A stretch of 64,000 bases of DNA from Escherichia phage E26, in sequence record MN655998.1; one strand, given 5' to 3'. Positions within the stretch are counted from its first letter, which is position 1, and each line of letters begins with the position of its first letter. Under the pieces are notes generated by a model. That model made no database searches. It was not told the origin of the DNA and saw nothing but the letters and a program-made list of their open reading frames with translations. Position numbers and translations under genes: made by a program. This document shows, in pieces, positions 52,693-64,000 of the stretch.

Positions 52693-53526
52693 ATGTTCGG
52701 TTGGCACTATAATTCGTCAATTAGAAGGTATATTGTATTGCTGGGTAATTTATTCTCCGGCGTACAAATTAAAAGGGTGCGTAGTGACGGTGAGCGGTTT
52801 ATTAAAGTTCCTATCACCTACGCAAAGAAAGAAAAATTCATGATGAGTCTGGACAAATATAACAATATCTCAAGCGAGGAAGACGTAGCAAAGGTAGAAA
52901 CTATTTTACCGCGTATGTGTCTTTCTTTGATTGATATGACATACGCCCAGAACTTTAAAACAAATATTGCAAATAAGACAGTACCAAAATATACGGCTGA
53001 TGGAATCAGGAGCGTAACACAATATAATCCTGTACCATATAAGTTTACTTTCGAGTTAGGGATTTATACGCGTAACGAAGATGATATGTTTCAGATAATT
53101 GAACAGATTCTTCCTTACTTCCAGCCTCATTTTAACTGCAAGATTAAAGAACTACACGGTAATGATGTATGGATTGACCGAGATATTCAGGTCACAATTA
53201 GTTCTATTACTCCAGATGAACAGGTAGGCGAAGATAAGTTTTCTCGTCGTCGTCTTGAGTGGACCATTATGTTCGAATTTATCGGGTTTATATATCCTCC
53301 AGCTACCGACGTTAAGGGGGAAATTAGAACGATTTATCTTGATTTTCATGCCAATTCTCGTGAATTGAATCCTAGCGGTAATTTTGAATCAGTGGACCAC
53401 GAGGTCGTTAAACGTGACGTCGAGCAAGAAGATTGGGACGGAACAATCAAAGAATCATATTCTAGTGATATTCCAATACCAGTTGCACCAACTCCACCGG
53501 GTCCACGTATTGTAAGAGAATTTTAA
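52693..53526 (+). CDS. 15: tail sheath stabilizer / tail terminator gp15
   Basis: N-terminus MFGWHYNSSIRRY and internal motifs match T4 gp15 as recalled; ATG at 52693 with AGGGGG RBS (track start is TTG at 52663). Confidence 0.85.
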   Translation: MFGWHYNSSIRRYIVLLGNLFSGVQIKRVRSDGERFIKVPITYAKKEKFMMSLDKYNNISSEEDVAKVETILPRMCLSLIDMTYAQNFKTNIANKTVPKYTADGIRSVTQYNPVPYKFTFELGIYTRNEDDMFQIIEQILPYFQPHFNCKIKELHGNDVWIDRDIQVTISSITPDEQVGEDKFSRRRLEWTIMFEFIGFIYPPATDVKGEIRTIYLDFHANSRELNPSGNFESVDHEVVKRDVEQEDWDGTIKESYSSDIPIPVAPTPPGPRIVREF

Positions 53527-53539
53527 GAGGTATTTTATT

Positions 53540-55860
<2,321 letters not shown>

Positions 55861-55891
55861 CGATAATGCATAAAAAGATGAGGAAATTCTA

Positions 55892-57892
55892 ATGACTCTA
55901 TTATCACCGGGTTTCGAAACGAAAGAAACTACTCTCTCCACTACCATTGTGCAATCTGCGACTGGTCGCGCGGCACTGGTGGGTAAATTCCAATGGGGTC
56001 CAGCTTTCCAGATTATTCAAGTAACTAATGAAGTTGAATTAGTTAATAAATTTGGTCAGCCGGATAATAACACCGCAGACTATTTCATGAGCGGGGCTAA
56101 CTTCCTCCAGTACGGTAATGATCTGCGTGTTGTTCGTGTACTCAATAAAGAAAAAGCAAAAAACGCAACTGCCCTAGCTGGTAACGTCGAGTTTGAAATC
56201 ACAAACGAAGGTTCAAACTATGAAGTAGGCGATACTATCAAGATTAAACATAACCGTCAAGATATTGAAACGGCGGGTAAAGTAACTAAAGTTGATGGTG
56301 ATGGTAAAGTTAAGGGCGTATTTATCCCAACTGGTAAAATTATCGCTCACGCTAAAGCAATCGGTGTATATCCAGAACTCGATGGCGGTTGGACGGCAGA
56401 GTTCACTTCTTCGTCAGGTAACGGTAGTGCGGCGCTGTCAGTAACTAAAATTGTCACTGATTCCGGTCTTCTGTTAACGGATCTGGAAACTTCCCGCGCC
56501 AATATCACAAATCAAACTTTCTTGACTAAACTCAAGAAATATGATATGCCAGCGGTAAGCGCGATCTATGCTGGTGAGATTGGAAACTCGCTGGAAGTTG
56601 AAATTCTGGCGCGTAGTGCGTTTAAGAACACTGCACCGGATCTGACCATGTATCCTTATGGTGGCGAGCGCACCGCAGCACGCAACCTGATTCCATATGC
56701 ACCGCAGAATGATAATCAATATGCGTTTATTGTTCGTCGTGATGGTGTTGTGGTAGAATCCTATGTACTGTCTACTCTGAAAGGGGATAAAGACGTATAC
56801 GGCAATTCTATCTATATGGACGACTTCTTTGCTCGTGGTTCTAGCCAGTACATCTATGCAACCGCTCAAGGGTGGGTAGATGGTTTCAGTGGTATTATCT
56901 CTCTTGCTGGTGGTGTTTCTGCTAACGAAGCAACGACTGCTGGTGTTGGTGCTGATCCGTTCATCGGTGCGATGATGCAAGGATGGGATCTGTTTGCTGA
57001 ACGTGAATCTATTCACGTAAACCTGTTGATTGCTGGTGCATGTGCTGGCGAAGGCGATGCGTTCTCTACCGTACAGAAACATGCTGTTTCCATCGGTGAT
57101 GAGCGTCAGGATTGCTTAGTAATGGTTTCTCCGCCGCGTAGCACTGTTGTTAATATTCCGGTGACTACTGCAATTGATAACCTGATTGCATGGCGCGAAG
57201 GTTCAGGAAACTATAATGAAAACAACATGAACATTAATACCACTTACGCGGTTATTGATGGTAACTACAAATATCAGTATGACAAATACAACGACGTAAA
57301 CCGTTGGGTTCCGTTGGCTGCTGATATTGCTGGTTTGTGCGCTCGTACTGATGCTGTATCCCAGCCGTGGATGAGTCCGGCAGGTTATAACCGTGGTCAG
57401 ATCATGAACGTGGTTAAACTGGCAATTGAGCCTCGCAAGGCGCACCGCGATCGTCTGTATCAGGCCGCAATTAACCCGGTGATCGGTGCTGGTGGTGAAG
57501 GGTTTATCCTGATGGGTGATAAAACCGCTACGACTGTTCCCAGCCCGTTTGACCGCATTAACGTTCGTCGTCTGTTTAACATGCTGAAAAAGAATATCGG
57601 CGATTCAAGCAAATACAAACTGTTTGAAAACAACGATAACTTTACTCGCGCTTCCTTCCGTATGGAGGTTTCGCAATATCTCAGCACGATTCGCTCTCTG
57701 GGTGGAATTTATGACTTCCGAGTACAATGCGACACCACGAATAACACGCCGGATGTAATTGATCGTAACGAATTTGTTGCTAGTATGTTCATCAAACCAG
57801 CAAAATCGATCAACTATATCATGCTCAATTTCACTGCTGTTGCAACTGGTTCTGATTTTGACGAAATTATCGGTCCAGCTAACCAGGCATAA
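55892..57892 (+). CDS. 18: tail sheath protein gp18
   Basis: 666 aa, synteny and size match T4 gp18. Confidence 0.93.
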   Translation: MTLLSPGFETKETTLSTTIVQSATGRAALVGKFQWGPAFQIIQVTNEVELVNKFGQPDNNTADYFMSGANFLQYGNDLRVVRVLNKEKAKNATALAGNVEFEITNEGSNYEVGDTIKIKHNRQDIETAGKVTKVDGDGKVKGVFIPTGKIIAHAKAIGVYPELDGGWTAEFTSSSGNGSAALSVTKIVTDSGLLLTDLETSRANITNQTFLTKLKKYDMPAVSAIYAGEIGNSLEVEILARSAFKNTAPDLTMYPYGGERTAARNLIPYAPQNDNQYAFIVRRDGVVVESYVLSTLKGDKDVYGNSIYMDDFFARGSSQYIYATAQGWVDGFSGIISLAGGVSANEATTAGVGADPFIGAMMQGWDLFAERESIHVNLLIAGACAGEGDAFSTVQKHAVSIGDERQDCLVMVSPPRSTVVNIPVTTAIDNLIAWREGSGNYNENNMNINTTYAVIDGNYKYQYDKYNDVNRWVPLAADIAGLCARTDAVSQPWMSPAGYNRGQIMNVVKLAIEPRKAHRDRLYQAAINPVIGAGGEGFILMGDKTATTVPSPFDRINVRRLFNMLKKNIGDSSKYKLFENNDNFTRASFRMEVSQYLSTIRSLGGIYDFRVQCDTTNNTPDVIDRNEFVASMFIKPAKSINYIMLNFTAVATGSDFDEIIGPANQA

Positions 57893-57926
57893 TCAGTAAA
57901 TTAGCATAGATTAAAAGTTAAATCAA

Positions 57927-57945
57927 GCGGGGAGAAAATCCCCGC
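57927..57945 (+). other. conserved intergenic stem-loop (GCGGGGA-loop-TCCCCGC) after gene 18
   Basis: 7-bp GC-rich stem with 5-nt loop; same stem repeats after gene 19. Confidence 0.55.
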
Positions 57946-57965
57946 TCTATTAAGGAATATCAATT

Positions 57966-58460
57966 ATGGCACTCGATTTGAATGATATTACACGCGGTTT
58001 CGAGTCTGGCGATTTTGCTCGTCCTAACCTGTTTGAAGTTGAGATCCCGTATCTGGGGCAAAACTTTAAGCTGATGTGTAAGGCTGCGACTGTCCCGGCT
58101 GCTACCGTAGAAAAAATTGCTATAGGCTATCAAAACCGTAAAATTAACATCGCTGGCGACCGTGTATACGACGACTGGACCATCACTGTATTCAACGATG
58201 ACGCACACAAGATCCGTGATGCTATCGTTGCATGGAGCGATCAGACACACGGCACTGGTTCGGCGATCACTGGTGCAACTCCTGCACAATATAAGAAACA
58301 AGCTATTGTTCGTCAACTTAACCGTAACACCGAATCAACTAGCGAAAAAACATTGTACGGTATTTTCCCTACCAACGTTGGTGAAGTAACCCTCGATTGG
58401 GAACAAAACAACGAAGTTGAAACGTTTGAAGTTACTTTTGCTATCGATTGGGTAGAATAA
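57966..58460 (+). CDS. 19: tail tube protein gp19
   Basis: 164 aa, directly after sheath gene. Confidence 0.9.
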   Translation: MALDLNDITRGFESGDFARPNLFEVEIPYLGQNFKLMCKAATVPAATVEKIAIGYQNRKINIAGDRVYDDWTITVFNDDAHKIRDAIVAWSDQTHGTGSAITGATPAQYKKQAIVRQLNRNTESTSEKTLYGIFPTNVGEVTLDWEQNNEVETFEVTFAIDWVE

Positions 58461-58472
58461 ATATATTATCAT

Positions 58473-58491
58473 GCGGGGAGAAGTTCCCCGC
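58473..58491 (+). other. conserved intergenic stem-loop (GCGGGGA-loop-TCCCCGC) after gene 19
   Basis: Same 7-bp stem as 57927..57945. Confidence 0.55.
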
Positions 58492-58518
58492 CTAATTTCT
58501 CCCAATTCGAGGTGAATA

Positions 58519-60084
58519 ATGTTTAGTAGATTAAAAATGCTTGCGCGTTGGGCTGATTTTGACAACGACAAATACGAAGAACAAATTAAAGATAAAGCAG
58601 AGTCTATCGCCGCACCTAAAAACAATGATGGTGCTACGGAAGTAGAAATTAACGATAATTCACCTGCTAGCTCGTGGAACTCTCTTACCCAGCAATTTTA
58701 CAGCACAGACCAGAAAATCAGCACAACTAAGCAATTAGTTAACACATATCGCGGTTTGATGAATAACCATGAAGTCGAAAACGCTGTACAAAATATCGTT
58801 AACGATGCGATTGTATTTGAAGAAGGTCATGAAGTTGTTTCATTAAATCTTGAGGCGACTGGCTTTAGTGAATCTGTAAAAGAGCGCATTCATGAAGAAT
58901 TTAAAGATCTTTTAAACACTATCCAGTTTGATAGGCGCGGTCAGGATATGTTCCGCCGCTGGTATGTCGATTCGCGTATTTTCTTCCATAAAATCATCGG
59001 CAAAAATCCAAAAGATGGTATCGTAGAATTACGCCAGCTTGATCCACGAAATCTTGAATATGTTCGCGAGATCATTACAGAAGACACACCGGAAGGTAAA
59101 ATTTATAAAGCAACGAAAGAATATTTCATTTACACTGTAGGCAATAGCTCTTATTGCGCAGGTGGTCAAGTATTCTCTCCTAACAGTCGCGTTAAAATCC
59201 CGCGTAGTGCTATTACATACGCTCACAGCGGCTTGATGGATTGCGATGATAAATATATCATTGGTTATTTGCATCGGGCGGTTAAGCCAGCAAACCAGCT
59301 TAAATTGTTGGAAGACGCAATGGTCGTTTATCGTATCACGCGTGCACCGGAACGCCGAGTGTTCTTTATTGATACCGGAAACATGAACAACCGCAAGGCT
59401 GCACAGCACATGAACTCAGTGGCACAGTCTTTTAAAAACCGCGTTGTTTATGATGCATCGACTGGTAAACTTAAAAACCAGCAAGCAAATCTATCAATGA
59501 CAGAGGACTACTGGTTACAGCGTCGAGATGGTAAAGCAATCACCGACGTTACTACTTTACCTGGTGCATCCGGTATGAGTGATATCGATGATATTCGCTA
59601 CTTTAACCGTAAGTTGTATGAAGCGTTGCGTGTGCCATTGTCACGTAGTAATCTCTCCGATGCTAATATGGTGATCGGTGGTGACGGTTCAGAAATTACT
59701 CGCGATGAGTTGGAATTTTCGAAATTCATTAGAACTCTGCAATCACAGTTTTCGGAAGTATTGCGCGATCCTCTGAAATATAATCTGATTCTCAAAAATG
59801 TAATTACGGAAGACGATTGGGATCGTGAAATAAATAATATCAAGGTGGTTTTCCATCGGGACTCTTACTATACAGAAGTTAAAGACGCGGAAATTTTAGA
59901 ACGTCGAATCGGTCTAATCGAACGTATTACACCTTACATTGGTAAATATTTCTCTAACCAGACAGTGATGCGTGACATTCTGAAATATACCGATGACCAG
60001 ATGGACACCGAGAAGAAACAGATCGAAGAAGAAGCGAACGATCCGCGCTTTAAACAAACTCCCGATGAAATAGAGGATTTTTAA
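58519..60084 (+). CDS. 20: portal vertex protein gp20
   Basis: 521 aa, synteny and size match T4 gp20. Confidence 0.93.
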   Translation: MFSRLKMLARWADFDNDKYEEQIKDKAESIAAPKNNDGATEVEINDNSPASSWNSLTQQFYSTDQKISTTKQLVNTYRGLMNNHEVENAVQNIVNDAIVFEEGHEVVSLNLEATGFSESVKERIHEEFKDLLNTIQFDRRGQDMFRRWYVDSRIFFHKIIGKNPKDGIVELRQLDPRNLEYVREIITEDTPEGKIYKATKEYFIYTVGNSSYCAGGQVFSPNSRVKIPRSAITYAHSGLMDCDDKYIIGYLHRAVKPANQLKLLEDAMVVYRITRAPERRVFFIDTGNMNNRKAAQHMNSVAQSFKNRVVYDASTGKLKNQQANLSMTEDYWLQRRDGKAITDVTTLPGASGMSDIDDIRYFNRKLYEALRVPLSRSNLSDANMVIGGDGSEITRDELEFSKFIRTLQSQFSEVLRDPLKYNLILKNVITEDDWDREINNIKVVFHRDSYYTEVKDAEILERRIGLIERITPYIGKYFSNQTVMRDILKYTDDQMDTEKKQIEEEANDPRFKQTPDEIEDF

Positions 60085-60327
60085 ATGAAACAATTTATCG
60101 AAGCAATTAAAACTCGCGATCTAACGCTGATCGAAAAAGAATTTGATAAGATCATGGAGGCTAAAAAAGCCCAGATCATCGAATCCCAGCGTGTCGAAAT
60201 CGCATCCAGTATCATGATCGAAGGTGAAGAAGAAAAAGACCGCGATGATGAAGAAGATATGGAAGATGAGGACGACGAAGACGAAGATCGCAAAGACGAT
60301 AAAAAAGACAAAGAAGACGACGAATAA
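60085..60327 (+). CDS. 67: prohead core protein gp67
   Basis: 80 aa with highly acidic C-terminal tail, after portal gene. Confidence 0.75.
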   Translation: MKQFIEAIKTRDLTLIEKEFDKIMEAKKAQIIESQRVEIASSIMIEGEEEKDRDDEEDMEDEDDEDEDRKDDKKDKEDDE

Positions 60328-60339
60328 TAGGAAGCCAAC

Positions 60340-60747
60340 ATGATTAAAGATTTTACTCCTAAAGCTGACTTAGAAACTTTTCTGCCGGAAGCACAGGAAA
60401 AATTGGACATGTTGGCTATGTTTGAGTCAGAAGAACTATTGAAAATCGTTGAAGGTATCTCCGAGGATGAGCCTGAACTGGCGGTAGCAATGCTGTCTAT
60501 CATCGACGGAATTACTGTAAATGAAGCAATGGTTAAACATGTAAACTCACGCGGGGAAGTTGCACGTAAGAAAGATCGCAAAACCCGTGAGCGTAATGCT
60601 TACATGACTACTGGCCTAAGCAAAGCTAAACGCCGTCAAATTGCCCGTCGTGCTGCAAAAACCAAACGTGCAAATCCATCTATCGAACGTCATGCGGAAC
60701 GTAAGCGCAAAAAAGCAATGCGTAAACGTAAGGCGTTAGGATTATAA
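60340..60747 (+). CDS. 68: prohead core protein gp68
   Basis: 135 aa with basic C-terminus; synteny. Confidence 0.7.
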   Translation: MIKDFTPKADLETFLPEAQEKLDMLAMFESEELLKIVEGISEDEPELAVAMLSIIDGITVNEAMVKHVNSRGEVARKKDRKTRERNAYMTTGLSKAKRRQIARRAAKTKRANPSIERHAERKRKKAMRKRKALGL

Positions 60748-60758
60748 CAGGAAACAAC

Positions 60759-61454
60759 ATGGAAAAGAACGAATTACTGATCGAACAATGGGGCGTTCCT
60801 TGTGCTCGCGGTAGTTCGTCATTGCTTGAATCATTTGATGATAAGGCTACAGGAAATCTCTATATTCAAGGGATTTTCCTGCAAGCCGAAACAGTAAACC
60901 GCAATAAACGCTGGTATCCTCGCAGTGTTCTAGAAAATGCGGTTACTAAATACATACATGAACAAGTTGAGACACATCAAGCTCTAGGCGAACTTAATCA
61001 CCCAGCAAGAGCAATGCCAGATCCATCTAATGCTTGCATCATAATTGAAAAATTATGGTGGGAAGGTAATAACGTGATGGGTAAAGCCCGTGTTATTGAA
61101 GGGGATAAAGGCGCAGGTGATAAACTTGCTGCACTGATTCGCGCTGGCTGGATTCCTGGCGTTTCCTCCCGTGGGTTGGGTCGGTTGAAAGACTCTGGTC
61201 GCGGATACAATATTGTACAGGAAGGTTTTGTGTTGACGGTTGGTGTTGATGTTGTATGGGGTCCGAGCGCACCAGATGCGTGGGTAACTCCGGTGGTTGA
61301 GTCAACGGATAGCGATTCTAGCGCGTCAGACGCACCAGAAAGCGATAAAACCGAAAATGTGACTAACCCTACAGCCTCACAACAAAACATCGTAGAATCG
61401 AATAATAGCGCGTTTATGGCGCTCGCAGAAGCGTTATCTAAACGCTATAAATAA
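60759..61454 (+). CDS. 21: prohead core scaffold protease gp21
   Basis: 231 aa; synteny between 68 and 22. Confidence 0.8.
   Translation: MEKNELLIEQWGVPCARGSSSLLESFDDKATGNLYIQGIFLQAETVNRNKRWYPRSVLENAVTKYIHEQVETHQALGELNHPARAMPDPSNACIIIEKLWWEGNNVMGKARVIEGDKGAGDKLAALIRAGWIPGVSSRGLGRLKDSGRGYNIVQEGFVLTVGVDVVWGPSAPDAWVTPVVESTDSDSSASDAPESDKTENVTNPTASQQNIVESNNSAFMALAEALSKRYK
61446..61453 (+). promoter_or_regulatory. T4-type late promoter (TATAAATA)
   Basis: Exact TATAAATA overlapping gene 21 stop, upstream of gene 22. Confidence 0.65.
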
Positions 61455-61485
61455 TAACGTCGTTATCAACAAGAAGGTTATAACC

Positions 61486-62280
61486 ATGCTTAAAGAAATG
61501 CTGCTCGAAGAAGCAAAACAGATCACCGTAGACGTTGCTCTCGATGACCTGTTTGAATCCGTCGAACTGTCGCCGGAAGTAAAAGAAAATTTTGGTGCTA
61601 TCTACGCTCAGGCGGTAAAAGCTAATGCTGTTGCTCTGGCAGAAAGCCACATTGAAAAAATCGCCGCTAAAGCCGATGAACTGGTAGAATCAAAGGTCGA
61701 AGAAGCACGCACCGAGATTGAAACCAAACTGTACGAAGATGCAGATAAATTCCTGAATCACTTAGGCGCTAAATGGCTGGCAGAAAATAAAGAAGCCGTC
61801 ACCCGTAATATTAAAGCGGATCTGTGCGAATCCCTGATTGGTTCTCTGAAAGATGTTTTCGTTACTCACAATGTTGTAGTACCGGAAGAATCTGTGGACG
61901 TTGTTGCTGAACTGGACGAAGCACTCAAAGAAGAAAAAGAAAAAACCTCTGAACTCTTTGATGCCAAACTGCAACTCGAAAGCGAAATTCGCGGCATGAA
62001 GCGTGAACAAGCGATCAATGAAAGCACTCGCGATCTTTCCGATACTCAGAAAGAAAAAGTAACCGCGCTGATTGAAGGTCTGGAATATAGCGAAACTTTC
62101 GATAAGAAATTAACTGCAATTGTCGAAATGGTTGCTAAGAAAGAAGACAAACCAGCGAAGATTGAAGAATCACTAAATACTGATGCCGACAAGCTGAATG
62201 TTATTGCAGAAAATGTCGAAAAATCAGATAAAAAGGCAACTGTAGATTCCGGCGTATCCCGCTACCTGAATTTCATCTAA
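61486..62280 (+). CDS. 22: prohead core scaffold protein gp22
   Basis: 264 aa, acidic coiled-coil-like, immediately upstream of major capsid gene. Confidence 0.8.
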   Translation: MLKEMLLEEAKQITVDVALDDLFESVELSPEVKENFGAIYAQAVKANAVALAESHIEKIAAKADELVESKVEEARTEIETKLYEDADKFLNHLGAKWLAENKEAVTRNIKADLCESLIGSLKDVFVTHNVVVPEESVDVVAELDEALKEEKEKTSELFDAKLQLESEIRGMKREQAINESTRDLSDTQKEKVTALIEGLEYSETFDKKLTAIVEMVAKKEDKPAKIEESLNTDADKLNVIAENVEKSDKKATVDSGVSRYLNFI

Positions 62281-62298
62281 TGTAATTCAAATCTACTT

Positions 62299-62306
62299 TA
62301 TAAATA
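62299..62306 (+). promoter_or_regulatory. T4-type late promoter (TATAAATA) for major capsid gene
   Basis: Exact TATAAATA 34 nt upstream of gene 23 start. Confidence 0.75.
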
Positions 62307-62339
62307 CTTTAGGTTAACAACAAACAAGGTTTAAAGAAC

Positions 62340-63926
62340 ATGAAAACTACCAAAGAACTGATGGAAAAATGGTCCCCGCTGCTGGAAAACGAAAAACTGC
62401 CGGAAATCGCAACTGCGTCTAAGCAGAAACTGGTTGCTAAAATTCTGGAATCTCAGGAAGCGGACTTTGCTGTAGACCCGATCTATAAGGATGAAAAAGT
62501 TGTTGAAGCATTCGGTGGCTTTATCGCAGAAGCCGAAGTTGCTGGCGACCACGGTTATGACGCATCTAATATCGCGGCTGGTCAGACTACCGGTGCAATC
62601 ACCAACGTAGGTCCGGCTGTTATCGGTATGGTTCGCCGTGCTATCCCTAACCTGATCGCATTTGATATTTGTGGTGTTCAGCCGATGAGCACTCCGACTA
62701 GCCAGATCTTTGCAATCCGTTCTGTATACGGTGGCGACCCGCTGAAATCCGGTGCTCGCGAAGCATTCCATCCGATGTATGCACCTGATGCGTTCCATAG
62801 CTCTCTTGCTGCTAAAGAGGCAACTGTAGGTTCACCAACTGGTACTGCATTCGCTAAACTAACTCTTTCCCAGGCTATCGCTGCTGGTGATATCGTATAT
62901 CACACCTTCGCAGAAACTGGTATTGCTTATCTGCAAAACGTAACTGGTGATTCTGTAACACCACAGAAAGTAGGTAGCGAATCCGAAGATGAAGTAGTAA
63001 TGAAGCTGATTGAAGAAGGTAAATTGGCTGAAATCGCTTTCGGTATGGCTACTTCCATTGCCGAAATTCAGGAAGGCTTTAACGGTTCCAGCAATAACCC
63101 GTGGGCTGAAATGTCAATGCGTATTGACAAACAGGTTGTTGAAGCGAAATCTCGCCAACTGAAAGCCCGTTATTCTATCGAAGTTGCGCAGGATCTGCGT
63201 GCTGTACACGGTATGGATGCTGATGCCGAACTGAATGCTATCCTGGCTAACGAAGTTCTGCTGGAAATCAACCGTGAAATCGTTGACGTTATCAACTTTA
63301 CCGCTCAGGTTGGTAAAACTGGTATGACTCAGACCGTTGGTTCTAAAGCTGGTGTATTTGACCTGCAAGACCCGATCGATACTCGCGGTGCTCGTTGGGC
63401 TGGTGAATCCTTCAAATCTCTGATCTACCAGATCGACAAAGAAGCTGCTGAAATCGCTCGTCAGACTGGTCGCGGTGCTGGTAACTTTGTTATCGCTTCC
63501 CGTAACGTTGTAAACATTCTGGCTTCTGCTGATCAGGGTATCAGTCTTGCTATGCAGGGTGCTGCAAAAGGTCTGAATACCGACACCACTAAAGCTGTTT
63601 TCGCTGGTGTTCTGGCTGGTAAGTACAAAGTATTCATCGACCAGTATGCTCGTCAGGACTACTTCACCGTAGGTTACAAAGGCGACAACGAAATGGATGC
63701 TGGTATCTACTATGCTCCGTATGTTGCTCTGACTCCGCTGCGTGCAACTGATCCGCAGTCTTTCCACCCGGTTCTGGGCTTCAAGACTCGCTACGGCATC
63801 GGTATTAACCCGTTTGCAGACAGCAAATCCCAGGCACCGTCCGCTCGCATCACCTCCGGTATGTTGAGCAAAGACAGCGTAGGTAAAAACGCATACTTCC
63901 GTCGTGTATGGGTTAAAGGTTGCTAA
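62340..63926 (+). CDS. 23: major capsid protein gp23
   Basis: 528 aa; long identical stretches to T4 gp23 as recalled (GPAVxGMVRRAIPNLIAFDICGVQPM, MDAGIYYAPYVALTPLR). Confidence 0.96.
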   Translation: MKTTKELMEKWSPLLENEKLPEIATASKQKLVAKILESQEADFAVDPIYKDEKVVEAFGGFIAEAEVAGDHGYDASNIAAGQTTGAITNVGPAVIGMVRRAIPNLIAFDICGVQPMSTPTSQIFAIRSVYGGDPLKSGAREAFHPMYAPDAFHSSLAAKEATVGSPTGTAFAKLTLSQAIAAGDIVYHTFAETGIAYLQNVTGDSVTPQKVGSESEDEVVMKLIEEGKLAEIAFGMATSIAEIQEGFNGSSNNPWAEMSMRIDKQVVEAKSRQLKARYSIEVAQDLRAVHGMDADAELNAILANEVLLEINREIVDVINFTAQVGKTGMTQTVGSKAGVFDLQDPIDTRGARWAGESFKSLIYQIDKEAAEIARQTGRGAGNFVIASRNVVNILASADQGISLAMQGAAKGLNTDTTKAVFAGVLAGKYKVFIDQYARQDYFTVGYKGDNEMDAGIYYAPYVALTPLRATDPQSFHPVLGFKTRYGIGINPFADSKSQAPSARITSGMLSKDSVGKNAYFRRVWVKGC

Positions 63927-63951
63927 TATAAGCCATTCCTGAAAACTCCTG

Positions 63952-63976
63952 TCGGGTGCAATGCCCGACTTATCAT
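63952..63976 (+). terminator. rho-independent terminator after gene 23
   Basis: Hairpin GTCGGG-TGCAATG-CCCGAC followed by T-rich tract. Confidence 0.6.
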
Positions 63977-64000
63977 AAACCTTATGACAGTGTAAAGTGT

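Noticed and set aside
56474-57082. 202-aa ORF on the minus strand
   Set aside because: Entirely inside the well-supported tail sheath gene 18 on the opposite strand.
60081-60581. 166-aa serine-rich ORF on the minus strand
   Set aside because: Lies antisense to the acidic GAA/GAT-rich coding sequence of genes 67 and 68; its composition is the mirror of that bias and it has no RBS or promoter.

Overview
This window is a segment of a T4-like (Tevenvirinae-type) myovirus genome, called from protein motifs and T4 gene order; nothing here was searched against a database. Roughly 1-30.9 kb is an early/accessory region transcribed on the minus strand: anaerobic ribonucleotide reductase nrdD/nrdG, endonuclease VII, nrdC, Dam methylase, thymidine kinase, RegB, a GrcA-like glycyl-radical protein, an M15 peptidase endolysin, the Acb1/57B-57A-1-3 block, and about 60 small ORFs, many predicted membrane proteins or tandem paralogs. 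It is punctuated by at least 17 near-identical sigma70-type promoter cassettes (TTGACA-N16/17-TATAAT, several preceded by a terminator hairpin), the PeSL-like arrangement described for RB49-type pseudo-T-even phages. From 32.7 kb to the end the plus strand carries the late structural module in T4 order (53, 5, 5.1, 5.4, 6, 7, 8, 9, 10, 11, 12, wac, 13, 14, 15, 16, 17, 18, 19, 20, 67, 68, 21, 22, 23) with TATAAATA late promoters. Two insertions interrupt it: a promoter-to-terminator three-gene cassette with an orphan N6-adenine methyltransferase between genes 8 and 9, and a freestanding GIY-YIG homing endonuclease between genes 13 and 14. The strongest candidates for undescribed biology are that methyltransferase cassette, a nucleotidyltransferase-fold protein, a macro-domain-like protein with Cys-rich neighbours, a GC-rich glycine-repeat protein, and the chained small membrane-protein arrays. 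No tRNA, rRNA or CRISPR array was found.
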